DNA from: Candidatus Omnitrophota bacterium
Lineage (GTDB): Bacteria > Omnitrophota > Gorgyraeia > JAFGGP01
Assembly (NCBI GenBank): GCA_016930485.1
Contig: JAFGGP010000011.1
Span: 51,196-115,195 of the forward strand
Reading direction: 5' to 3'
DNA length: 64,000 bases
Positions 10,233 to 20,016 of the stretch are shown here, piece after piece (positions within the stretch are counted from its first letter, which is position 1; every line of letters begins with the position of its first letter). Made by a program: the position numbers and the translations under genes. The notes under the pieces are model-generated. The model was given only the letters and a program-made list of their open reading frames with translations. It was not told the DNA's origin and ran no database searches.

Positions 10233-11167
10233 GTGTCTATCTTGTTACCGGAGGGGCGGGGTTTATCGGTTCACACATTGCAACCGCGCTCCTCAAAAAG
10301 GGGCATGAGGTGCGGATTATCGATAATCTGGTGACAGGAAAAGAAGACAATATTTCCCACATCGCCGAGGATATCCAATTTTTTAAGGACGATATTAGAG
10401 ATGAAGATGCCCTCAGGCGGGCGTTAAAGGGAGTAGAGTATGTTATTCATCAGGCGGCCCTCAGGTCGGTTCCCAAGTCGATCGATGACCCGCTGAGTTA
10501 TAATGAGGTAAACGTAGCCGGCTCATTAAAATTACTTCTAGAGGCCAGGGCGGCCGGTGTCAGGCGTCTGGTGTTTGCTTCGTCGAGTTCGGTATACGGG
10601 GAGTCTCCGCACCTGCCCCAGACAGAGACGGATCTTCCACTTTTGATCTCGCCGTACGCAGCCACAAAACTGGCCGGGGAGTATTATAACCGGGTATTCA
10701 GCTCGGTCTATGGACTTGAGACTGTCTCACTGAGATACTTTAATGTGTTTGGACCGCGTCAGGATGTGGAATCGCAGTATGCGGTGGTCATTCCGAAGTT
10801 TATTCTGTGCATCCTCGCCGGAGAGAGTCCCCCGGTGCACGGGGATGGGCAGCAGACGCGGGATTTTACCTATGTTGATAATGTGGTAGAGGCCAATCTT
10901 TTGGCCTGTCACGCCACCGGTGCTAGCGGGGAGGTGTTTAACATTGCCTGCGGAAGCAGTAACAGTGTCCTGGATATTGTCACTCTGACAAATGACATAC
11001 TCGGAAAAGATATTCGGCCTGTCTTTACCGAAGCCCGCAAGGGTGATGTGCGACATACGCAAGCAGATATTGCCAAGGCATACAATGTATTGCAATATAA
11101 TCCGACGGTCAATTTCCAGGAAGGTCTTAGACGGACAATAGCCTATTTTGAACAGCGATTCTCTTAA
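10229..11167 (+). CDS. Extended-SDR nucleotide-sugar epimerase (TviC/WbpP-like UDP-HexNAc(A) 4-epimerase)
   Basis: VTGGAGFIGSH glycine motif and a YAATK catalytic tetrad region. Immediately downstream of, and 4-nt overlapping, the TviB-like dehydrogenase, as in tviBC/wbpOP pairs. Confidence 0.65.
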   Translation: MSVYLVTGGAGFIGSHIATALLKKGHEVRIIDNLVTGKEDNISHIAEDIQFFKDDIRDEDALRRALKGVEYVIHQAALRSVPKSIDDPLSYNEVNVAGSLKLLLEARAAGVRRLVFASSSSVYGESPHLPQTETDLPLLISPYAATKLAGEYYNRVFSSVYGLETVSLRYFNVFGPRQDVESQYAVVIPKFILCILAGESPPVHGDGQQTRDFTYVDNVVEANLLACHATGASGEVFNIACGSSNSVLDIVTLTNDILGKDIRPVFTEARKGDVRHTQADIAKAYNVLQYNPTVNFQEGLRRTIAYFEQRFS

Positions 11168-11261
11168 TTTTTGTATCGTTCTGTAGCAAGAAAAGTTAGG
11201 ATGACCAGAAGCCTTTTCAGAACCCGCCTTTTTATAAAATCCGCTTGGTTATAAAGTTTTC

Positions 11262-11290
11262 TTGACACCTTCTGCGAAATATAGTAATAT
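11262..11290 (+). promoter_or_regulatory. Sigma70-like promoter (-35 TTGACA, 17-nt spacer, -10 TAATAT) in the AT-rich 156-bp gap upstream of the wzi-like gene
   Basis: TTGACA at 11262-11267 and TAATAT at 11285-11290, the only near-consensus -35/-10 pair seen in the window. The gap is much more AT-rich than the flanking genes. Confidence 0.4.
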
Positions 11291-11323
11291 TTTTTTGTTT
11301 CTCACCTAACCCTAATTATAATT

Positions 11324-12892
11324 TTGCCTAATCAAAATCAACCGAAGACCTCACTTTTAGTACTGCTAATAGTACTTATAGTAATATGTTTACTTCCTAC
11401 CGGGAGCGTATATGCTATTAGTGCTATTAATGTCCCGGTGGGGCATTGGAGTTATGAGCGTCTGGAACGTCTGCAGGCCCTTGGTGTTATTGATGGTTTG
11501 GGTCTGTCGTCAAGGCCGCTTACCCGCATACAAATTGCGCGACTGATTGCACAGGCAATAGAAGGTATTGAAGAAGGCGGCTTTGAACAGAGTGCGCTGG
11601 ACTACGAGCGAAGCGATCTCGTCGAGGAAACGCTGTACGAGCTTATCGATGAGTATCGTACCGAGCTGATCCGGCTGGGGTTTGAGCGGTTTGAAATCGA
11701 TGATAACGGAACCCTCTGCGGAGAATACAAACTCCTTCAGTCGGTTACGTGCGCAAAGGCATTAAGCGGACTTTCAGCCGAAGAGGAGACAGTGATAGAG
11801 AACGAACGGTCTCGCCGCATTAATGACGGATTGAACTCCAGGATAAGTGCCCTTTCATGGTTCTGGTGGCGCTCTTTTATTGCCGCATCCCTTTCTCCTT
11901 CCCTGAATCTTACCACGGATGAAATCGATCCCGACCTTCTCGAGGGGTCGGTTAATCTCTCTTTTTTGAATATAATTCTTGAGGCAGGCCGGACGAGTAT
12001 GTGGTGGGGGCCGGGACATCACGGCGCCCTCCTTCTTTCGAGTAACGCCCAGGCACTGGACGTTGTCAGACTTAAAAATGACCGCCCGTTCCGGCTGCCG
12101 TCTTTCCTGCGCAGGCTTGGCCTATTCCACTGCGAGGTATTTCTCTCACAACTCGAGGACAAACGCGTGATCCCTCACGCGCTGTTGACCGGCATGCGTA
12201 TTGCCTATCGTCCCTGGTCCTGGGTTATTTTCGGATTCAATCATACCGTTCAGTTCGGCGGCGAAGGAGAGGAAATCCCTCCCATTATCGATCTCTTCGA
12301 TCTCTCAAAAGCAGGAGGCGGGGAGGAAGGGGCAAACCATATCGTGAGCGTTGACGGGAAAATACGCCTTACCAGACTTCTGAGATATTTGCCCATTGCA
12401 AACGGATTGGTAGCCTACGGAGAATTTGGCGCAGAGGACGAATCGAATATGCGCCCCCACTTTATCGGTTTTCTTATGGGGTGCTATATCTCCGACCTTT
12501 TTAAGATTCCGAAATTTGACTACAGAGTCGAATTTGCCCAGAACGACTACCAGTGGTACAACCATTTTAAATACCGGACCGGCTATTGGTACCGGGGGGA
12601 TCTTATCGGACACCACATGGGATCGAATGCCCAGGATTTATTTATGCGCTTCTCAAGGACTTTTTCCAACGACCTTACCGTGGGGATGGATTTTGATATC
12701 GAGCGCAGCGGCAGGACTCTGGCCGTGGTCGAGACCAAGGGGGAATGGGGCCTCAATTTTTCTTTCCCCTATAAAGAAGACAATACAATCACAGTAGGGT
12801 ATCGGATGCAGATATATCGGGACTTTCGTAATCGAGCCGGGGAGGATGAAATTAATCATATACTGTTATGTGAGGTGGTCCACCGTTTTTAA
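11324..12892 (+). CDS. wzi: Wzi-family outer-membrane capsule/EPS surface-assembly protein
   Basis: Apparent TTG start with no clear SD, then a signal peptide (LLVLLIVLIVICLLPTGSVYA). Wzi hallmarks are present: YERLERLQALGVIDGL...SRPLTRIQIARL, WWGPGHHGALL and GEFGAEDES. Confidence 0.65.
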   Translation: MPNQNQPKTSLLVLLIVLIVICLLPTGSVYAISAINVPVGHWSYERLERLQALGVIDGLGLSSRPLTRIQIARLIAQAIEGIEEGGFEQSALDYERSDLVEETLYELIDEYRTELIRLGFERFEIDDNGTLCGEYKLLQSVTCAKALSGLSAEEETVIENERSRRINDGLNSRISALSWFWWRSFIAASLSPSLNLTTDEIDPDLLEGSVNLSFLNIILEAGRTSMWWGPGHHGALLLSSNAQALDVVRLKNDRPFRLPSFLRRLGLFHCEVFLSQLEDKRVIPHALLTGMRIAYRPWSWVIFGFNHTVQFGGEGEEIPPIIDLFDLSKAGGGEEGANHIVSVDGKIRLTRLLRYLPIANGLVAYGEFGAEDESNMRPHFIGFLMGCYISDLFKIPKFDYRVEFAQNDYQWYNHFKYRTGYWYRGDLIGHHMGSNAQDLFMRFSRTFSNDLTVGMDFDIERSGRTLAVVETKGEWGLNFSFPYKEDNTITVGYRMQIYRDFRNRAGEDEINHILLCEVVHRF

Positions 12893-12922
12893 CAGATTGC
12901 ATCGAACCAAAAGGAGGTAGAG

Positions 12923-15787
12923 ATGTATAGACAGCTGCGTGTGGTCATGGCGGTTCTTTTTGGAATAGTTGCTGTGATGCCGGCACTTCCGTCCGGCAGC
13001 GTGTCGGCTCAGGAAGAAGTTCTCTCCGTCGGCACGACAGCTCCCTCGAGTCCGGTTAACTTCAAGCATTATGAAGAACCGGATTTTTTTACGTATCAAC
13101 GGGTCTATAAGAAGGTAAGATGTCCAAACTGCGGTATGGAATCTTACATCAAGAGGGTTCAGTCTGCTTTGGAGCTGGAAGAAGAGAGGCAGCCCAAGGA
13201 GACAAAGAAAGAAGAAGATTTTACGAAAGAAATTCTGGCAGAGGTATTTCCTGCTGAACCGACCGCCGAAGGCGAAGAGGCGCTCAAAACCTCCGAGACT
13301 ACCAAGGGCACCGGTCGTGCCGGTGCCGTATCACCGCTCGAGATGCGTCTGCAGAATAGAGAGCGGAATGCGCTGAAGCGCCAGGTAGAGATCGAGATGG
13401 TAGGGTGCCCTTATTGCCAGTTTCATTTTCATCCCACCTATACGCCGGATCAGATCCGTCAGTTATTCCAGGAAGACGAGAGCGGGCTCTCCCCGCTTGA
13501 AAGGTCATATAGTCAGGCTATTACGTATGAGATCTCGCGGGACCTGAGGCAGTTCGGCTATGATATGTTTGAAGAGGCGCAGGCACAAAAGAGGACTGAA
13601 GCAACCACCCAGACGGATTCCGGGGACGTTGCCGAAGAGAGCGCAACGCTCTTACAATCGTTAAAAAACAAGATATCGATCGCGGATAGGGATATCACCG
13701 GAGGTGGTCTGGACAATTTTTCCCAAACCCAGCCGTTCACCGTTCCGGTAGATGCGGATTATGTCATCGGTCCCGGCGACACATTTATTATTAATGTCTG
13801 GGGAACGACCCAGCAGAGCTTTCCGGTAACGGTTGATATGGAGGGAAAAATAATTCTTCCCAAGGCAGGACCGGTGTATGTGTGGGGACTGCGGTTTAAT
13901 GAGGTCGAAGACCTGATCATCCAGAGGCTCAAGCAGTATTACAGCAATTTTCAGGTTGATGTCTCGATGGGCAAGCTGAAACAAATTCGGGTTTTTGTCC
14001 TTGGCGAGGTCGAACGGCCGGGCACCCACATGCTGAGTTCACAGTCAACCGTTATGCATGCGCTGATGACCGCCGGAGGGCCGTCAAAGCTGGGCTCGTT
14101 AAGGAAGATTCAGTTGTTGCGCTCGGGCGAGGTAAAGCAGGTTATCGATCTGTACGATATTCTCATAAAAGGCGATAAGGCCTATGATTTACGCCTGATG
14201 AGCGACGATACCATTTTCGTCCCTCCTATCGGTGATGTGGTGGCTATCGCGGGCAATGTCAAGAGGCCCGGTATTTACGAGACAAGGAGCGAGATTCCGC
14301 TGAGTGACCTGCTCGGTTTTGCCGGCGGCATTATGCCGACCGGCTCGCTCCATCGGGTTCAGGTCGAACGGATCACCGATAACGAACGCCGGACCGTGCT
14401 CGATATCGACCTGAAAGGCATCTCCGATATACCTCAGTTTACGAAGACCGTATCCTTGCAAAACGGCGATCTGGTAGTTGTGGAACCGATTCATAACCTG
14501 CGCCATAATTTTGTTACCGTTGTCGGCAATGTCCAGGCCCCCGGTGATTATGAGTTAAAAACCGGCATGACCGCCAACGACCTTCTGACCGAGGCACGCG
14601 GTCTTTTGCCTGGCACACACATGGCACACGCCGAGATAGCGCGGGTCAACGAACAGGGTCAACGCCGTATTATTCCGATAGATCTGACGGCGGTGACCCG
14701 CGGTGACATCAATCAGAACCTCATGCTTTCCGAGTGGGATATTATCGTTGTCTATTCCGAGGCCGATATTACCCCGCCGGCATTTGTGGAGATTTTCGGG
14801 GCGGTGCATTTTCCCGGCACCTATGAGCTGAGTCCGGGCATACATGCAAAGGATATCATCTTCAAGGCAGGCGGGATTAAAAATACCGCCTCTTTGGACA
14901 ATGTCGAAATTTTTCACTATATCCCTGGAGAGAATCCCGTTGTTTATTCGATTAGTCTCGATAGTGAGACAGGGCCTGAGTTGGTAGACGGTGACCAGGT
15001 TTTTGTACGGGAGGATTCTGCACGGGTAGGGCGCCAGCTGATTACGCTCAAGGGTGAGGTCCGTTATCCGGGTACCTATGCGGTCCGGAAAGGCGAACGG
15101 TTAAGCTCTATTATCGAACGCGCAGGCGGCTTTACCGATAATGCCTTTTTGGAAGGCGCTGTCTTTACCAGGGAAAGCATCAAGAAGGCGCAGCAGAATG
15201 TCATAAAGCGTTTCGTAAAGATACAGATGCAGTCGATACTCGAAGAAGAATCAGCGGCCAGATCAGAGAGAGCATCGCGTCTCAACAGGACCGGTGTGGG
15301 CGGAGGAATACCCGACGCAGCTACTCCGCGCAAGCAACTTCTCCAGCTCTTGGCGTCGACCGAGGTAGAAGGCAGAATGGTGATAAAGCTTTCCCCTGAT
15401 GTAAATATGGAGGGCACAGAAGATGACATTCTGGTCGAGGGCGGCGATTCTTTGTATATACCTCAGGTGACACCGACGATTCAGGTGATCGGCGCAGTGA
15501 ATAACGCAATGAACGTCCTCTATGAAGAAGGGAAAGGACTCGATTACTATCTCGAGAAGGCCGGCGGCATGACGCGCCATGCCGATATAGAACGTACGTA
15601 TGTCATCCGGGCCAACGGGGAGGCGCAGGGCAGGTTTGCCCGCATAGCCGAGATCCATCGGGGCGATACCATCGTCGTTCCGCACGACGTACGCTATCGC
15701 ATTCCGAGAGATGCGTTTATGATGGATGTCATTGATGTCGTATCGAGAATCGCGATCGGTGTTGCTTTTATTGCAGCCGTTGATTGA
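12923..15787 (+). CDS. Large Wza/KpsD-like polysaccharide export protein (Poly_export domain plus 6 SLBB repeats)
   Basis: AAGGAGG RBS and a signal peptide. Poly_export motif IGPGDTFIINVWG. Six repeats of the SLBB pattern (V..G.V..PG.Y.L......L.D.L..AGG), starting at about aa 355, 450, 535, 620, 710 and 845. Confidence 0.75.
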   Translation: MYRQLRVVMAVLFGIVAVMPALPSGSVSAQEEVLSVGTTAPSSPVNFKHYEEPDFFTYQRVYKKVRCPNCGMESYIKRVQSALELEEERQPKETKKEEDFTKEILAEVFPAEPTAEGEEALKTSETTKGTGRAGAVSPLEMRLQNRERNALKRQVEIEMVGCPYCQFHFHPTYTPDQIRQLFQEDESGLSPLERSYSQAITYEISRDLRQFGYDMFEEAQAQKRTEATTQTDSGDVAEESATLLQSLKNKISIADRDITGGGLDNFSQTQPFTVPVDADYVIGPGDTFIINVWGTTQQSFPVTVDMEGKIILPKAGPVYVWGLRFNEVEDLIIQRLKQYYSNFQVDVSMGKLKQIRVFVLGEVERPGTHMLSSQSTVMHALMTAGGPSKLGSLRKIQLLRSGEVKQVIDLYDILIKGDKAYDLRLMSDDTIFVPPIGDVVAIAGNVKRPGIYETRSEIPLSDLLGFAGGIMPTGSLHRVQVERITDNERRTVLDIDLKGISDIPQFTKTVSLQNGDLVVVEPIHNLRHNFVTVVGNVQAPGDYELKTGMTANDLLTEARGLLPGTHMAHAEIARVNEQGQRRIIPIDLTAVTRGDINQNLMLSEWDIIVVYSEADITPPAFVEIFGAVHFPGTYELSPGIHAKDIIFKAGGIKNTASLDNVEIFHYIPGENPVVYSISLDSETGPELVDGDQVFVREDSARVGRQLITLKGEVRYPGTYAVRKGERLSSIIERAGGFTDNAFLEGAVFTRESIKKAQQNVIKRFVKIQMQSILEEESAARSERASRLNRTGVGGGIPDAATPRKQLLQLLASTEVEGRMVIKLSPDVNMEGTEDDILVEGGDSLYIPQVTPTIQVIGAVNNAMNVLYEEGKGLDYYLEKAGGMTRHADIERTYVIRANGEAQGRFARIAEIHRGDTIVVPHDVRYRIPRDAFMMDVIDVVSRIAIGVAFIAAVD

Positions 15788-15978
15788 TGCGTTCGGCAAT
15801 CGATCCGACGTTTTTACCCCGTTAGACAAGGAGAACGCCGTTTTTCAAAACGAGATGAATAAAGTAGTGAATTAATGGGGGCACAAAAGAGAGCCCTGCC
15901 TTTAGGCCGGGTTCTACTGGGGTTTGCACATCACGATGCGTGAGAGGATTTCATAGTACACCCCCTGAGAGAGGTGTC

Positions 15979-16737
15979 ATGAAACGCTCCGTCAAAAACC
16001 AGGGAGGATTCCTTATGGATACCTACAGTACTGCGTCGATACTCTATTATTTTAACGTGCTTAAAAAGTACTGGCGCTTTATAGCCGTTGTCGTAATAAT
16101 AGCAACGGTCATTTCGGGGTTAAAAGGAATGCGCACCCCGAGATCCTATACAGCGGAGGTTGTGCTTCTTCTGCCGGCGTCAGAAGGGGGAAACTCTACC
16201 TCGTCTTCTATCGGCCGTTTTTTGGGAATCCCAAACCTTTCGGGCGGCGGCTCCTCAACGAGCCTGCTAGGAGCCATCATTAAAAGCCGCAAGATGGCCG
16301 AGGATATTGTTGAACACTTTAATTTGGCGGATAAGACAAAGCCCGGTGCCTGGGAGTCTGCGATACGGGGCACTAAAGGGAAAATCTTTCTTCCCCCGTC
16401 GCTCAATACCGTAACTCTCAGCATAAAAGCGAGCGACAGGGACCCTAAACGTGCGGCTCAAATAGCCAATTTTTGCGCGGAGAATTTAGATAATATAAAC
16501 GAAGAGCTTCAGATTACGACACAGAAGCCTATGGTTAAGATACTCGATGAGGCTACCCCGCCGCTGGCGCCCAATCCCCGGGGAGTCAAAAAACGCGCTT
16601 TGACCTCTGGTTTATTCGCTGGTCTGATGTGTATCCTTGGCGTCTTTTTCCTTGAGTATATAGCGTATCTAAAGAGGAAGAAAGAACCCAACGTTACATC
16701 AGAACTGCTCGAGGAGGAATTGAGCAATATTACATGA
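15979..16737 (+). CDS. Wzz/PCP-like chain-length determinant protein (no kinase domain)
   Basis: Wzz N-terminal motif (ILYYFNVLKKYWRFIAVVVIIATVISGL), a periplasmic region, and a C-terminal TM helix (LTSGLFAGLMCILGVFFLEYIAY). Start placed at the ATG after GAGAGAGG; the track ORF begins at 15940. Confidence 0.6.
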   Translation: MKRSVKNQGGFLMDTYSTASILYYFNVLKKYWRFIAVVVIIATVISGLKGMRTPRSYTAEVVLLLPASEGGNSTSSSIGRFLGIPNLSGGGSSTSLLGAIIKSRKMAEDIVEHFNLADKTKPGAWESAIRGTKGKIFLPPSLNTVTLSIKASDRDPKRAAQIANFCAENLDNINEELQITTQKPMVKILDEATPPLAPNPRGVKKRALTSGLFAGLMCILGVFFLEYIAYLKRKKEPNVTSELLEEELSNIT

Positions 16738-16954
16738 CACTAACCGGTCTAGCCGCTGTTGACCGGAGAGGGAAAAGGGAAGACGGGTGGCCGCCCGCGG
16801 GACCTCGACCATCGGGAATATCTCAGAGATACTATTATATTATGCTCAGGATGGAATTCGGGACTGTTTCGCACATCCCGTTTTTTAAGAGATACGAACA
16901 TTGCAATGTTTCTGATTCGTTATACTTCCAATGAGTGCATACAAGGAGGAAGAG

Positions 16955-17965
16955 ATGATTGATTGGCCGAAAAAGACTATTTTATTGACCGGCGGGACAG
17001 GCTCTTTTGGACGCGCCTTCACGGAGGCCATGCTCGAAAAATATAAACCGAAGACAGTAAGGATATTCAGCCGCGATGAACTCAAACAGTACGAAATGGC
17101 CAGACATTTTCATAATTCCGAGCGCCTCCGGTTTTTTATCGGTGACATCCGGGACAAGAACAGACTGGAGCGGGCTATGGATGGCGCAGATATCGTCATT
17201 CATGCCGCCGCATTAAAGCAAGTGCCCTTATGTGAATACAACCCTTTTGAGGCGGTTAAGACCAATATCTTCGGTGCCCAAAACATAATCGACGCCGCCA
17301 TCGATCATAACATTGAAAAGGTTCTTGCCATTAGCACCGACAAGGCCGTAAGCCCGGTAAATCTGTACGGCGCGACAAAAATGTGTATGGAGAAGTTATT
17401 TATCGCAGGAAATGCGTATGTCGGTGGTGCGAGACAGACCCGCATGAGTTGCGTCAGATATGGCAATGTTGTTGGATCGCGGGGGAGTGTTATACCGCTT
17501 CTCCAGCAGCAGCGCCCATCAGGGAAAATTACCCTCACCGATCAAAAGATGACCCGTTTCTGGATCACGCTGCAACAGGGGGTGGAGCTTGTTATCCGTT
17601 CTGTAGAGAAGATGCACGGCGGGGAAATTTTTGTGCCCAAGATACCCAGCATGAAACTCGTTGATCTGGCCCATGCCATTGCACCGGATTGTGAAATCCG
17701 CTATATCGGGGTGCGCCCCGGAGAAAAAATCCACGAGGCCTTAATTACACAGGATGAGGCCCGCCATACATTGGAGTTCGACGATTTCTTTGTGATACAA
17801 CCTGAATTTCCCCGGTGGGAAACGAATAATTGGGTCGGCGGCAGGCCCCTTGCCTCCGGATTTACCTATACAAGCGACACGAACGAAAAATGGCTCACCC
17901 CGACCGAGCTTCGGGAGATGGCAGAGGCATATGAAGACCATACCGTATGGACAGCAGCGGCTTGA
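16955..17965 (+). CDS. pseB: UDP-GlcNAc 4,6-dehydratase/5-epimerase (inverting), PseB
   Basis: KTILLTGGTGSFG...IGDIRD...IHAAALKQVPLCEYNP matches the PseB/FlaA1 (Polysacc_synt_2) family. Start chosen at the ATG 5 nt after the strong AAGGAGGA RBS. Confidence 0.8.
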   Translation: MIDWPKKTILLTGGTGSFGRAFTEAMLEKYKPKTVRIFSRDELKQYEMARHFHNSERLRFFIGDIRDKNRLERAMDGADIVIHAAALKQVPLCEYNPFEAVKTNIFGAQNIIDAAIDHNIEKVLAISTDKAVSPVNLYGATKMCMEKLFIAGNAYVGGARQTRMSCVRYGNVVGSRGSVIPLLQQQRPSGKITLTDQKMTRFWITLQQGVELVIRSVEKMHGGEIFVPKIPSMKLVDLAHAIAPDCEIRYIGVRPGEKIHEALITQDEARHTLEFDDFFVIQPEFPRWETNNWVGGRPLASGFTYTSDTNEKWLTPTELREMAEAYEDHTVWTAAA

Positions 17966-19130
17966 CAGTGCCGACATTAAGAGCGTGGTAACGGTTCTGA
18001 GGTCGGAATGGCTCACCCAGGGTCCGCGGGTCAAGGACTTTGAAAGAGCCCTGTGCCGGTATACGGGGGCACGCTACGCAGTTGTGGTCTCCAGCGGGAC
18101 AGCCGCATTGCATATAGCGTGTCTGGCCGCGGAGATAAGCAAGGGGGACGAGATCATTACCTCTCCGGTTACGTTTGCCGCTTCGGCAAACTGCGCCGTT
18201 TATTGCGGCGGTCGGCCGACATTTGCCGATGTTAGAGAAAACACAATTAATATCGATCCGGAAAAAATAGCGGCAAACATCACGAAAAAAACCAGGGTGA
18301 TCATTCCCGTTCACTTTGCCGGAAATCCCTGCGACCTCACCGAGATACACGCCATCGCCAGAAAGAACGGGCTTATTGTGATCGAGGATGCCTGTCATGC
18401 CCTGGGCGCCGAGTACAAGGCGGGACGCAGGTGGCTTAAGATAGGTTCCTGCAGGCATTCGGATATGGCGGTGTTCAGTTTTCATCCCGTTAAAACCATT
18501 ACCGCGGGCGAGGGCGGGGCCGTCCTGACCAACGATGCCACTTTGTACGAACGGCTGCTTCTTCTGCGCAATCACGGTATTACCCGTAATAGAAGTCACT
18601 GGGTAAGCGCCTCCGACAATCTCAAGGATATGTGTATAACGAGCAATATCTCTTCCGCCTTCTGGTATTACGAAATGCAACTCCTCGGATACAATTACCG
18701 GATTACCGATATCCAGTGCGCGTTGGGTATTTCACAGATGAAAAAAGTGGATGCGTTCGTAGAGAGTCGCCGGCAAAAGGCCGATGCGTACCAGAAAGAA
18801 CTGGGACACGTCAAAGGGCTTCGTCTTCCCTGTGAGTCGGAAGGCACAAGGTCTTCCTGGCACATTTATCCGGTGCGGGTCTCTGGAAGGGAAAAAAGGC
18901 AGCGGCTGTTTGAGTATCTGCTGAAAAACGGGATAGGGAGCCAGGTGCATTATATCCCCGTCCACCTACAACCATACTACCGCAGGGAGTTCGGCACAAA
19001 GAACGGGGATTGTCCCGTTGCCGAAGAGTATTTTAAACAGTGTCTGAGCATCCCACTCTATCCGGGATTGTCATGGACAGACCAGTCAAAGGTAATACGG
19101 AATATAAAGGGCTTTTTCAAGAATGACTAA
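17931..19130 (+). CDS. pseC: DegT-family aminotransferase, PseC-like (UDP-4-amino-4,6-dideoxy-AltNAc transaminase)
   Basis: MKTIPYGQQRLDSADIKSVVTVLRSEWLTQGPRVKDFE N-terminus typical of PseC, and a PLP-lysine region SFHPVKTITAGEGG. Overlaps the end of pseB by 35 nt. Confidence 0.7.
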   Translation: MKTIPYGQQRLDSADIKSVVTVLRSEWLTQGPRVKDFERALCRYTGARYAVVVSSGTAALHIACLAAEISKGDEIITSPVTFAASANCAVYCGGRPTFADVRENTINIDPEKIAANITKKTRVIIPVHFAGNPCDLTEIHAIARKNGLIVIEDACHALGAEYKAGRRWLKIGSCRHSDMAVFSFHPVKTITAGEGGAVLTNDATLYERLLLLRNHGITRNRSHWVSASDNLKDMCITSNISSAFWYYEMQLLGYNYRITDIQCALGISQMKKVDAFVESRRQKADAYQKELGHVKGLRLPCESEGTRSSWHIYPVRVSGREKRQRLFEYLLKNGIGSQVHYIPVHLQPYYRREFGTKNGDCPVAEEYFKQCLSIPLYPGLSWTDQSKVIRNIKGFFKND

Positions 19131-20016
19131 TCCTTTTGTCAAAAAACTGTGCCTAGGGACGGCTCAACTGGGCATGGATTACGGAATTGCCAATAAGACC
19201 GGAAAAGTTCCACGTGATCAGGCATTAAATATAGTGCAGTATGCACACGAGGCAGGCATAGATACTTTGGATACGGCATATGTGTATGGAGACAGTGAAG
19301 AGATTATCGGTCATTTTTTATCAGGGGCAAAAAGGGCGTTCAAGGTTGTTTCTAAATTGCCGCCCCTGGACGACAAAAGCACCTTAGAAGACATAGAAGA
19401 CGCCGTTAAGACTTCTCGAGACAGATTAAAAATTCAGGTGCTGTATGGGTATTTGATCCATAGGCCTCGCGATTTCTTGCAACATAAAGGGTTATGGAAT
19501 GCATTAGAGACTCTGAGAGAAAAAGGTATTATGAAAAAAATAGGTTTTTCAATCTGTACGACTGAAGAACTTGAAATGATTTTTAAAAACAACATAGCGA
19601 TAGATATTCTTCAACTTCCGTACAGCATCTTTGATCGTCGATTTGAGAAGTATTTTTCAGAATTGAAGGAGCGTAATATTGAAATTCATGCGAGATCCGC
19701 GTTTCTTCAAGGGTTAGTTTTTTTAACGCCCGGTGCCTTGCCTTCCAATCTTTCGAAGGCAAAAGATCCTATTGAGAAGTTACACAAGGCATCCAGAGCC
19801 CTTCATTTACCAATACATGCAGTGTGTATAAATTTTGTTTTGTTGCAGTCTTATATCGATAAAGTAGTAATAGGTGTTGATCACTTGGAGCATTTAAAGA
19901 AAAACGTAGAGGCCCTGAAGGCTATACACAAGGTTAAGAAAGCATATGGTAAATTAATGCCATTAGAAATAGACGACGAACAAATCCTCCTTCCGTATAA
20001 CTGGAATATAAAATGA
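19123..20016 (+). CDS. Aldo/keto reductase family oxidoreductase
   Basis: CLGTAQLGMDYG...GIDTLDTAYVYGDSEEIIG core of the AKR superfamily. Lies in the low-GC segment. Confidence 0.7.
   Translation: MTNPFVKKLCLGTAQLGMDYGIANKTGKVPRDQALNIVQYAHEAGIDTLDTAYVYGDSEEIIGHFLSGAKRAFKVVSKLPPLDDKSTLEDIEDAVKTSRDRLKIQVLYGYLIHRPRDFLQHKGLWNALETLREKGIMKKIGFSICTTEELEMIFKNNIAIDILQLPYSIFDRRFEKYFSELKERNIEIHARSAFLQGLVFLTPGALPSNLSKAKDPIEKLHKASRALHLPIHAVCINFVLLQSYIDKVVIGVDHLEHLKKNVEALKAIHKVKKAYGKLMPLEIDDEQILLPYNWNIK

Noticed and set aside
16856-16886. Weak terminator-like element (CGGGA...TCCCG plus T6) between the wzz-like gene and pseB
   Set aside because: Only a 5-bp stem with a 12-nt loop. Plausible but too weak to list as a feature. 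It may simply be an attenuating structure.
17895-18680. 261-aa minus-strand ORF
   Set aside because: Antisense to pseC, with no motifs or RBS. Same shadow-ORF explanation; the long minus-strand ORFs at 15263..15829, 60464..61195, 63085..63816, 6245..6745 and 6764..7303 were rejected on the same basis.
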